Assembly (NCBI GenBank): GCA_944392945.1
Contig: CALXYJ010000003.1
Span: forward strand, 93,189 to 133,188
Length of the DNA: 40,000 nucleotides
Direction: 5' to 3'
Source of the DNA: an uncultured Clostridia bacterium
GTDB taxonomy: Bacteria; Bacillota; Clostridia; TANB77; CAG-508
Below are positions 20,054 through 27,998 of the stretch, one piece after another. Position numbers and translations under genes: made by a program. The notes beneath the pieces were generated by a model. It made no database searches and had not been told where the DNA came from. It worked only from the letters and a program-made list of their open reading frames with translations. Numbering within the stretch: the stretch's first letter is position 1; each line of letters begins with the position of its first letter.

Positions 20054-20632
20054 TTAATTTGCAAGCTCAAATCTAATATTTACACTTCCACTCCCAAGTT
20101 CAGATACAAACTCTTCTACATTATCTATTTTTCCTAAATTTGTATAGCTATATGAATTTTTAAAATCATCATAAAACACAACTAAACAATTATTACCATA
20201 TAATTTGATATCACCTGCATATATCATACTTGGAATGGTACTATTTGTTGTTAAACTTGAATCTAAATAATTATACTTTTCATTGGAATGTAAGTCACTC
20301 ATATTAAGCGTCATAGGGAAATTTTGTATTAATTCTTGTACAGTTTTGTTGTTTTCTAAAGTCGCAGTAAAATATTTATTATTTATTATTAAATTTATCC
20401 TTATTTCTTCACTATTCATTGTATTTATCTCCTTTTCTAAATCTGTTGTCTTTTCAGTAATATTATCTGCATTTATTACTTCATTTACTTCCAAGGCGGT
20501 TTCTTTATTTTCTTCTGAATTTACACCTATTGTTTCATTTGCTGTTTCATCACTAGCAGACTTAACAAATAAAACAATTATAACAATTACTATAACTAAT
20601 ATAAAAATTGAAATTAATATCTTTTTATTCAT
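20054..20632 (-). CDS. Cyclophilin-like-fold protein with N-terminal membrane anchor/signal
   Basis: C-terminal ~115 aa (FTATLENNKTVQELIQNFP...GDIKLYGNNCLVVFYDDF) resemble the cyclophilin-like family often found next to AKR genes. Hydrophobic N-terminus. Confidence 0.55.
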   Translation of the reverse strand: MNKKILISIFILVIVIVIIVLFVKSASDETANETIGVNSEENKETALEVNEVINADNITEKTTDLEKEINTMNSEEIRINLIINNKYFTATLENNKTVQELIQNFPMTLNMSDLHSNEKYNYLDSSLTTNSTIPSMIYAGDIKLYGNNCLVVFYDDFKNSYSYTNLGKIDNVEEFVSELGSGSVNIRFELAN

Positions 20633-20647
20633 TTTTTCTCCCTTCTA

Positions 20648-21607
20648 TTAATACCAATCATGTTTTTCATTACGATTAAGTTCTTCAATTTTTTTCATTT
20701 CTTCATCAGTCAGCTCAAAATCATATATTTGTGTATTTTCTTTTATATGTTCTGGATTACTTGAACCTGGAATTACTACTATTCCTCTTTGCAAATTCCA
20801 TCTTAAAATAACTTGTGCTGATGTTACATTATGAGCATTTGATATCTCTACAATTGTTTCATCATTTAAAAGTTCGGAAGTATATCCTCTTCCTCCAAAT
20901 GGATACCACCCTTGCATTACAATTCCTTTATTTTGAATATATGGTACTACGTCTAATTCTTGATAATATGGATGAATTTCATTTTGAACAAGAGCTGGCA
21001 TTATCTCTATCTGCGGTAAAAACTCTTCTAATTCTTCTATATACCAATTTGAAAGACCAATAGAATGGATTTTTCCCTGTTGTACATATTTTTCCATTGC
21101 CTTATATGCTTTTACATCATTAGTTCCTGGATGATGTAATAACATCATATCAATATAGCCTATATCTAATTTTCTTAAAGCCATTTCTATAGCTTCTTCT
21201 GGATTATCAAATTGACTAGGATATATTTTAGTAATAACAAATATTTCTTCTCTTGGAATTCCAGAGTCTCTGATTGCTCTTCCTACCTCTTCTTCATTAT
21301 TATACATATATGCTGTATCAATTAGCCTAACTCCAGAATTTAAAGCACTTATTATTGAGTCATAACATATATCTCCTGTTAAACTATATGTTCCTATGCC
21401 ATTTAAAGGCATTTCATACCCACTATTTAATGTTACAGTTTTCGTTTCAAAATTAAATTCTTTAGGACTATTATTACTATTAGTAATTATATTTTGCATT
21501 TTCATTTCGTTACCCATCTCACTTTTTATATTATTTTGATAAATTAAACATCCTATTATAATTATCGCAATAATTACAATAATTAGAACTAAAATTTTCT
21601 TTTCCAT
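20648..21607 (-). CDS. Aldo/keto reductase with N-terminal signal/lipobox-like sequence
   Basis: AKR motifs (LIDTAYMYNNEEEVG, LLHHPG, IGLSNW). N-terminus MEKKILVLIIVIIAIIIIGC has a lipobox-like IIGC. Confidence 0.75.
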   Translation of the reverse strand: MEKKILVLIIVIIAIIIIGCLIYQNNIKSEMGNEMKMQNIITNSNNSPKEFNFETKTVTLNSGYEMPLNGIGTYSLTGDICYDSIISALNSGVRLIDTAYMYNNEEEVGRAIRDSGIPREEIFVITKIYPSQFDNPEEAIEMALRKLDIGYIDMMLLHHPGTNDVKAYKAMEKYVQQGKIHSIGLSNWYIEELEEFLPQIEIMPALVQNEIHPYYQELDVVPYIQNKGIVMQGWYPFGGRGYTSELLNDETIVEISNAHNVTSAQVILRWNLQRGIVVIPGSSNPEHIKENTQIYDFELTDEEMKKIEELNRNEKHDWY

Positions 21608-21649
21608 AATCCCTTCCTTTCTTTAATTAATCTTACTTTTTTCGCGATT

Positions 21650-21889
21650 TTAATTTTCTTTTTTTAAGCTCATTATTAGATAATCTAATATGTCTATTTC
21701 TTTTTGATTTTTATGTATTGTCTTTAATAGCATTTCTCTATGTTTTCTAAGTAAATCATAGATTTTTTCAAACTCGTCCTTCTCTAATAAAGAAAAAAAT
21801 TCTTCTGTTAGCTTCTGATTACAACCTGCATCTTGCAAATTTTCAATTAGATATTCTTTTTTATTCTTATTATAAATCAAATTTATCAC
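21650..21889 (-). CDS. Small helical hypothetical protein
   Basis: 79 aa. The LRKHREMLLKTIHKNQKEIDILDYLI pattern recurs in small Firmicute proteins. Function unknown. Confidence 0.4.
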   Translation of the reverse strand: MINLIYNKNKKEYLIENLQDAGCNQKLTEEFFSLLEKDEFEKIYDLLRKHREMLLKTIHKNQKEIDILDYLIMSLKKEN

Positions 21890-22032
21890 CTTCTTAGTAT
21901 ATTATAATTATATTTTTTTATTGATAGCCAATACTTATTTTGAATGATTTATCATAGTCAAAAAGCATGGTAATATGATATAATGATTTTATTACTAATG
22001 CCAATAATGCTTTAAATTCAGGAGGATATATT

Positions 22033-22900
22033 ATGGAACTTAGAGTATTAAAATATTTTTTAGAAGTTGCAAGAGAAGAAATATTACTGCTGCAGCCGAA
22101 AGTTTACATATAACTCAACCAACTCTTTCTAAACAAATTATGGATTTAGAAAATGAACTTGGAAAAAAATTATTTATTAGAGAAAAAAGAAGAATCATAT
22201 TAACAGAAGATGGAATTCTTCTTCGTAAAAGAGCTAGCGAAATAATTGAATTAGTAGAAAAAACCGAATCTGAATTACAAAGAAATGATGAATTAATATT
22301 TGGAGATGTCTATATCGGATCTGCTGAAACCGATGGTATAAAAATAATTGCAAAATTATGTAAAAACTTACAAAATAAATATCCAAATATTCGTTATCAT
22401 CTCTTTAGTGGTAATAGTCAAGATGTTCTAGAAAAACTAGATAAAGGGCTTATTGATTTTGCAATTTTGTTTGAGCCCTCTGAACTTAAAAAATATAATT
22501 ATATTAAATTACCTGTATATAATAATTGAGGACTTTTAATGAGAACTGATAATTCTTTAGCCAAACATAAATATATAAGTCCTAAAGATCTTTTAAATAT
22601 TCCATTAATTTTTTCTAAACAAGCTCTTGATAATAATGAACTTACTGGTTGGTTTGGATATAATATAGAAAAATTAAATATAGTCGCAACATATAATTTA
22701 ATATATAATGCTTCTTTCTTTGTGGAAGAAGGGATTGGAAGTGCATTAACTTTAGATAATTTAGTAAATAATTCTAAACTATGTTTTAAACCTCTTGAAC
22801 CAAATTTAAAGTCAAATTTAGTTATGGTTTGGAAAAAATATCAAATATTTTCTAGAGCTTCGCAAACATTTTTGGATGAACTGCAAAATGAACTCCAGAG
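22033..22900 (+). pseudogene. LysR-family transcriptional regulator, disrupted
   Basis: MELRVLKYFLEVAREE, then the frame is lost. Observed GAAGAAATATT, where GAAGAAAATATT would give ...NITAAAESLHITQPTLSKQIMDLENELG. There is also an in-frame TGA at 22527-22529 where family members have Trp (PVYNN*GLLMR). The frame runs into repeat copy C without its own stop. Confidence 0.8.
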
Positions 22901-22915
22901 CGTCCCTAAAGTTCA
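22889..22915. repeat. Hairpin repeat copy C (degenerate, shared by convergent gene ends)
   Basis: Plus strand reads TGAACTCCAGAGCGTCCCTAAAGTTCA. The right 15 nt match the other copies exactly and the left arm has diverged. It contains the TAG (22906-22908) of the ABC remnant. Confidence 0.6.
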
Positions 22916-23193
22916 AATTGGCTATTATAAAGTTCTGCATAAGCTCCATTTTGTTCTAGTAATTTTTTATGATTTCCTTGCTCTATTATTGTTCCATTTT
23001 TCATAACAAAAATCATATCTGCATCTACAATTGTAGATAACCTATGTGCTATTACGAAACTTGTTCTATTAGCCATAAGTGTTTGCATGGCCTTTACAAT
23101 TTCTGTTTCTGTCCTTGTGTCGACACTTGAAGTTGCTTCATCTAATATCAACACACTAGGATTGCAAAGCATTACACGAGCAATCGTTAATTG
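22906..23193 (-). pseudogene. C-terminal remnant of an ABC exporter ATP-binding domain
   Basis: (Q)[24 protein letters not shown] (Walker B) ... [10 protein letters not shown] (H-loop). Everything upstream of about 23193 is replaced by intron sequence. Confidence 0.8.
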
Positions 23194-23914
23194 ATGCTAA
23201 AACTCGGTTAGCTGCTTTTTCACTTTTAACAAGTATTATACAATCATCTGCGTATCTTACAAAGTTTAGTCCTCTTACCTCTAGTTCCTTATCGAGTTCA
23301 TTTAACATTATATTGCTTAGTAATGGACTTAAATTTCCTCCTTGCGGTGTTCCTACTTCTGTTGCTTTTACTATTCCTTTTTCCATTACCCCTGCACTTA
23401 GATATTTTCTTATTAATGATACTACGTCTCCATCTTTTATTGTCTTTCCTATTATTGTTATTAATCTATCCTGATTTACTGTATCAAAGAACCTTTCTAA
23501 GTCAATGTCTACTATCCATTCATACCCATCGTTTACATATTCTAATGCCCTTATCACTGCTTGTTCACAACTTCTATTTGGTCTAAATCCAAAGCTATTA
23601 TCATTAAATTGCTTTTCAAATATTGGGCTTATTATCTGTACAATTGCTTGTTGTATTATTCTGTCTGTAACTGTTGGTATGCCTAGATTTCTCTTTTTGC
23701 CATTCTCTTTGGGTATTTGAACTCTTTTCACAGGTTGTGGTTTGTATCTTCTTTTCCTTATTTGATTTATTATTCTGTCTTTGTTTTCTTTTAGATAATC
23801 AATTTCTTCTTCTACTGTTATTCCGTCAACTCCTGCTACTCCTTTGTTTGATACTACTTTCTTGTATGCCTTGTTTAAATTGTTTGGGTTAAGTATTTCT
23901 TCTAAAAGTTCCAT
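23156..23914 (-). pseudogene. Group II intron reverse transcriptase, C-terminally truncated
   Basis: MELLEEILNPNNLNKAYKKVVSNKGVAGVDGITVEE...RYADDCIIL (YADD). The ORF leaves RT sequence after ...NRVLASI and ends in ABC-remnant DNA. No maturase (X) domain is present. Confidence 0.85.
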
Positions 23915-24445
23915 ATCTGTCTCCTCTTTTCCTTTCCGTAGATAGATAAATCATTGATTTTGAGTAACCATTTGAGATACGCTCATACTCTCCTCATTAA
24001 CACATTCTAACTATTATCTACCACTAAATTTTAGGTAGTGAAAACACTACAAATTGTTCAGTCCTTCAAAAAATTTTCTACTATGACCTCTGCTGACTTC
24101 TTGTGATAAACCTTTTCCGACCGTATTTTGTTCTATGTACTCCTCGTCGTTTCCTAACTACTCTACGTCCACAAGACCTCACAGGGTAAGTCGTTTAACT
24201 TTCCTCATTTACTCGCTTGATTTACTGCATAAGGTTACGTATATCTTTTGGGCTTTGACTTGTAATGTAGCCTTACCCTCTTATACAGCCTTAGTATCAA
24301 GTTTTTGTACATCGAGCCATGATTTTGATACACACTTCCTCTACTTTCATCTCACGATGAATAGCTTGTGTTTCTCTATGTGGTTGGCGATATCTACCTC
24401 CACTACGGACTTTCACCGACTAGCCAAACGACATGCCTGTCGCAC
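23190..24445 (-). mobile_element. Group II intron, 5' portion only (ribozyme domains I-III/IV + partial RT), IIC-like insertion context
   Basis: The minus strand starts GTGCGACAGGCATGTCG...GGTGAAAGTCCG at 24445. The segment is GC-richer and structured. No domain V/VI or 3' exon junction is present. Confidence 0.8.
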
Positions 24446-24450
24446 ATTTA

Positions 24451-24484
24451 AAAAAAGCACATTTCTATAAAAAATGTGCTTTTT
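24451..24484 (-). terminator. Intrinsic terminator of dagK, which is also the intron target
   Basis: AGCACATTT (24456-24464) / AAATGTGCT (24472-24480). On the minus strand it is followed by TTTTTTT, then AAAT, then the intron 5' end. Confidence 0.75.
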
Positions 24485-24554
24485 GATTTTCATATCTCCT
24501 ACTTTCCAATATTTATAAAATTAAACACTTTCGTATTTATTCTTCTAAAATTAA

Positions 24555-25457
24555 TTAACTACTTTTTGATGGCGGTACAAGATATTCTATACATTGCTTT
24601 TTAATATGTATTGTTACTTCATCTTTTGCTCCACCATATTCTCCATCTATTGAAAGATCTATTGGTTTATTACATTTTATGTTTAAATTTGATGTTTGCA
24701 AATAATATATACAATCATCTTCCAGCTTTCCTCTTAATACCTTTAATATTAGATTTATCATTTGCAAAAAGTTTTTAGGTTTTTTTACAAAAACTGCTTC
24801 AAATTTTCCATCATCCAATTTTATTAATTTCTTTTTAAACAAATTAAATCCACCTATATACTTTGAATTACTTATACTTCCATAAATAAATTCATCTTCT
24901 ATTTTTGTTTCTTCTGTTTGTATCTGTAATTTATATGTTTTATAATTAAATATATTTTTTATTCCATAAAGCACATATGCTAATCTTCCAATTTTTTGCT
25001 TTAACTTTTTGTTTGTTTTATAAGATGATTCAGAAAATAATCCAAATGCTACAACATAATTAAAAACTTTCTCATTTATTATACCTAAATCTACTTTTTT
25101 AGGACAATATCTACCTATATTTTTTGATAAATGCAATTTGTTAAATGAAATATTTAAGCTATTTGCAAAATCATTAGTAGTTCCACCTGGTATAAAACCT
25201 ACTGGAACATTTATATTTGCATAATTAATTCCTTGAACTGCTTGATTTAAAGTTCCATCTCCTCCACATATAACAATTATATCAAATTTTTCTTTACAAT
25301 TTTTTATAATGCTTCCTGCATCATTTTCGATTGATGTATATTTTATTTCTGTCTGGAAATTGGACTTTTCAAAATTTTCTTTAATTTGCGGTATATATTT
25401 TTCAATATTCCTTTTTCCTGATACTGGATTAACTATTATCAATACTCTATAATTCAT
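24555..25457 (-). CDS. dagK: Diacylglycerol-kinase-family lipid kinase (DagK/YegS type)
   Basis: 300 aa. NPVSGK N-terminus and the GGDGTLN motif. Confidence 0.8.
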   Translation of the reverse strand: MNYRVLIIVNPVSGKRNIEKYIPQIKENFEKSNFQTEIKYTSIENDAGSIIKNCKEKFDIIVICGGDGTLNQAVQGINYANINVPVGFIPGGTTNDFANSLNISFNKLHLSKNIGRYCPKKVDLGIINEKVFNYVVAFGLFSESSYKTNKKLKQKIGRLAYVLYGIKNIFNYKTYKLQIQTEETKIEDEFIYGSISNSKYIGGFNLFKKKLIKLDDGKFEAVFVKKPKNFLQMINLILKVLRGKLEDDCIYYLQTSNLNIKCNKPIDLSIDGEYGGAKDEVTIHIKKQCIEYLVPPSKSS

Positions 25458-25490
25458 TTATTTATACATTCCTTTTTCATTAATTTACTT

Positions 25491-25898
25491 TTAAATACAT
25501 TTTACATCAAAATCTTTTTTACAAGAAGGACATGTGCATACATGTTTACCTTTCTTTCTTGGTAGTCTTATTTCTGCTTTGCAATTAGGGCATCTTCTAT
25601 ATATGTGTGTTTTTCTATCATTCCATTTTCTTTTTTGAAGTTTTATTTTTTCTTTAACTTTATCTCTTAATTTTAAATATTTCATATTCTCACTTTGTCT
25701 TTTATAGATATCTCGTGAAAATAATCTATATATCATAAAAATACAAATTAACATTTCCAAAAGATATATAATTGGATTTCTTAAAAATATGCCCAAAATA
25801 GCAATTATCCAAAACAAGATAAATAAAAATTTATATAATTCATCTATTCCATATCTACCTTGTAAAAAATTAAACATTTTACCAATAAATTTATTCAT
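25491..25898 (-). CDS. Two-TM membrane protein with C-terminal zinc ribbon
   Basis: Two hydrophobic helices, a basic linker, then CPNC...(15 aa)...CPSC. Confidence 0.5.
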   Translation of the reverse strand: MNKFIGKMFNFLQGRYGIDELYKFLFILFWIIAILGIFLRNPIIYLLEMLICIFMIYRLFSRDIYKRQSENMKYLKLRDKVKEKIKLQKRKWNDRKTHIYRRCPNCKAEIRLPRKKGKHVCTCPSCKKDFDVKCI

Positions 25899-25913
25899 AA
25901 TCTTACTTCTCCT

Positions 25914-26510
25914 TTAACACATAAATCCTGGTCTACAACAACAATTACAAATTGTATCTGCAACACACCACCAAAAGCATATGTTCTGCATATCAAATGG
26001 TCTTCCATATGTTCTGCTTCTTTCTTTATATACATTTCCTCCATTTTGTATCTGATTATATAATTCTTGATATCTTAAATTATTTGGTTCCATTTGTACT
26101 GCTATCTTTGCATGATTTAAAGCTGTTATCCTATTATTAGTATAGTAATTTGCAATACTACTTAAATAATACCATTCAGCTGTTTTATTTTGAATTTCAG
26201 AAAGTACTCTTAATGCTTCCCTATACATTCCAACTTGTATAAAATGACTTGCTACTTGGTAGAGATTTGCACCTTCATTATTATTGTATGAATCATTTTG
26301 ACTATTTGAATATCCATTATACTGATTCACATTACCATTTTTTATTTGATCATATGCTTCATTTATCTCTCTCATTTTTCTTGCAGCCTCTTCATCTCCT
26401 GGATGTAAATCTGGATGATATTTTTTTACTAATTTTCTATAAGCTTTTGTGACTTCTTCGTCAGTTGCTCCATATGATAGTCCTAATATTTCGTAAGGAT
26501 TTTGTATCAT
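25914..26510 (-). CDS. J-domain protein with TPR-like middle region and Cys-rich C-terminal tail
   Basis: YEILGL...KKYHPD (HPD motif). C-terminal [23 protein letters not shown] contains 7 Cys. Confidence 0.75.
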   Translation of the reverse strand: MIQNPYEILGLSYGATDEEVTKAYRKLVKKYHPDLHPGDEEAARKMREINEAYDQIKNGNVNQYNGYSNSQNDSYNNNEGANLYQVASHFIQVGMYREALRVLSEIQNKTAEWYYLSSIANYYTNNRITALNHAKIAVQMEPNNLRYQELYNQIQNGGNVYKERSRTYGRPFDMQNICFWWCVADTICNCCCRPGFMC

Positions 26511-27314
26511 CTATTTTTCTCCCTTCTTTTTGTGTATTTCATATTTTGTCCATATACCTGAATACAGAATATTCTCGATTATTTTACTTGAAATGTTTAG
26601 TTCTTTGTAATTTTCCATGCAATCTGATAAAAGCAAATTAAGCATATCATCAAATTCTGTTTTTGAGTTTGTAATTAATGGATTATATTTTTTCTTTTTT
26701 ATATCTTTTTCAAAATCTATACAAGCATCCAATATATAGATAAACTTTCCTAGTGAATCCCCAAATTTTCTTAATTTTTCTTCGTGTTCATCATCATATG
26801 GTACAAATATTTCTCCAAATAATTTGCCACAACAATTTGCTGATAAATCTGGATTTATGATATTTTTAGTTTCTAAATCATTTAATTCTTTTAAACTATT
26901 TTGTACAATTTCAGCTTTTTTAGGATATTGCTTACACACTTTTTTAAAACTCTTTTTTATTAGTTTTGCATAGCAATTAGCAAATACATTTTTATCATCT
27001 TGCCAATCATCAATTAAATTATAATATGATAATAAAATATTCATATCTGCTACATAATCTACAAATTTGCCCTCAATATAAGTATGTTTATTAATAGGAT
27101 GCATCATACATCTACATTCTAATTTTTTGTTTTTTTCCTTATAAACTTCATTTAATAATAAAATTAAAAAAGTCATATCATAATTTAATGTCATCATACT
27201 TATATTATTGTGATTTTTTTGTAATGCTTTACATAATCCGCAATAACATTCTCTATAGTATTTTTTATCTATATCATCTAATAAATTGGGATTTGTAACT
27301 ATATTTCCAAGCAT
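26511..27314 (-). CDS. DUF5685-like protein of unknown function
   Basis: Start moved to MLGNIV (ATG at 27314) behind GGAGGA. Contains CYCGLC and CRC cysteine motifs and the Asp-rich IDDWQDD. Its stop (26511-26513) abuts the ATG of the J-domain gene (26508-26510). Confidence 0.5.
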   Translation of the reverse strand: MLGNIVTNPNLLDDIDKKYYRECYCGLCKALQKNHNNISMMTLNYDMTFLILLLNEVYKEKNKKLECRCMMHPINKHTYIEGKFVDYVADMNILLSYYNLIDDWQDDKNVFANCYAKLIKKSFKKVCKQYPKKAEIVQNSLKELNDLETKNIINPDLSANCCGKLFGEIFVPYDDEHEEKLRKFGDSLGKFIYILDACIDFEKDIKKKKYNPLITNSKTEFDDMLNLLLSDCMENYKELNISSKIIENILYSGIWTKYEIHKKKGEK

Positions 27315-27330
27315 TTTTGATCCTCCATCT

Positions 27331-27744
27331 TTATAATTTTGCATTTTCTAATATTTTGTTACATATTTTTATAAACTGATCTTTTTCATTAACAGAAATA
27401 CCTTGGAATAATTGTTCTAATAATTGATTTTGTTCTTTTTCAAAAATTTGTATGATTTTTTCTGCCTTTTTAGTTAATTTTAAATGGAATTTTTTCTTAT
27501 CATTATTATCTTGTATCCTTTTAATATATTTCTTATTTCTTAATGTTTCTACTGAGTATGATACATGTGATTTGGAAATCATAAGATTTTCTACAATATT
27601 TGTTGCAATATCTAATTTTTCATTTTTATATAAAAATAATAGTACTCTTATTTCATTTGAATTTAAATCAGTTTCTTTTGAAACCTTTATAAATAAATTA
27701 TCAGCAACTTTTTTTAAAACCTGTATATCTTCCAGTAAAGTCAT
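27331..27744 (-). CDS. MarR-family transcriptional regulator
   Basis: Start at MTLLEDI (ATG 27742-27744) behind AAAGGAGGAAG. Winged-helix region NEIRVLLFLYKNEKLDIATNIVENLMISKSHVSYSVETLRNKKYIKR. Confidence 0.75.
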   Translation of the reverse strand: MTLLEDIQVLKKVADNLFIKVSKETDLNSNEIRVLLFLYKNEKLDIATNIVENLMISKSHVSYSVETLRNKKYIKRIQDNNDKKKFHLKLTKKAEKIIQIFEKEQNQLLEQLFQGISVNEKDQFIKICNKILENAKL

Positions 27745-27781
27745 GCTTCCTCCTTTTGTTCGTTTTTGAACTAATGATAAT

Positions 27782-27810
27782 AGTTTACTTGCTTTTATAG
27801 TATAAGTCAA
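27782..27810 (-). promoter_or_regulatory. Candidate sigma-A promoter of the marR operon
   Basis: Minus strand reads TTGACT (27810-27805), 17-nt spacer, TAAACT (27787-27782). It lies inside the ORF-track N-terminal extension, which argues against that extension. Confidence 0.45.
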
Positions 27811-27884
27811 CAGTTGGTATGAATATTTCACATAAGTTTCACATAAAAATAGAATTCGTATCACGTTATATAAAATAATAATTA

Positions 27885-27926
27885 TAAAAAAGAGCTACTT
27901 AAATCAACTTTAAATAGCTCTTTTAT
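27885..27926 (-). terminator. Intrinsic terminator after pheT
   Basis: AAGAGCTA (27889-27896) / TAGCTCTT (27915-27922). A T-run follows on the minus strand. Confidence 0.6.
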
Positions 27927-27969
27927 TTGATATTCTATATTGTTAAATTTTAAGTTTATGTCTACTCCT

Positions 27970-27998
27970 TGAACTTTAAGTAACGTCCTAAAAGTTCA
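27970..27998 (-). repeat. Hairpin repeat copy D (sense on -)
   Basis: Minus strand reads TGAACTTTTAGGACGTTACTTAAAGTTCA and begins immediately after the pheT TAA (27999-28001). The inner stem is degenerate. Confidence 0.75.

Noticed and set aside
22527-22529. TGA read as Trp (genetic code 4), or programmed recoding, in LysR
   Set aside because: All other genes in the window are intact under the standard code and encode Trp with TGG. A TGA=Trp organism this AT-rich would have many in-frame TGAs. LysR is also frameshifted independently.
22539-23006. 155-aa ORF presented as a separate gene
   Set aside because: It is the C-terminal two-thirds of the disrupted LysR gene. Having lost its stop, it runs on through repeat copy C into the antisense of the ABC remnant.
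24135-24470. 111-aa plus-strand ORF
   Set aside because: It lies entirely antisense to the group II intron ribozyme (domains I-III). The open frame is explained by the locally higher GC content.
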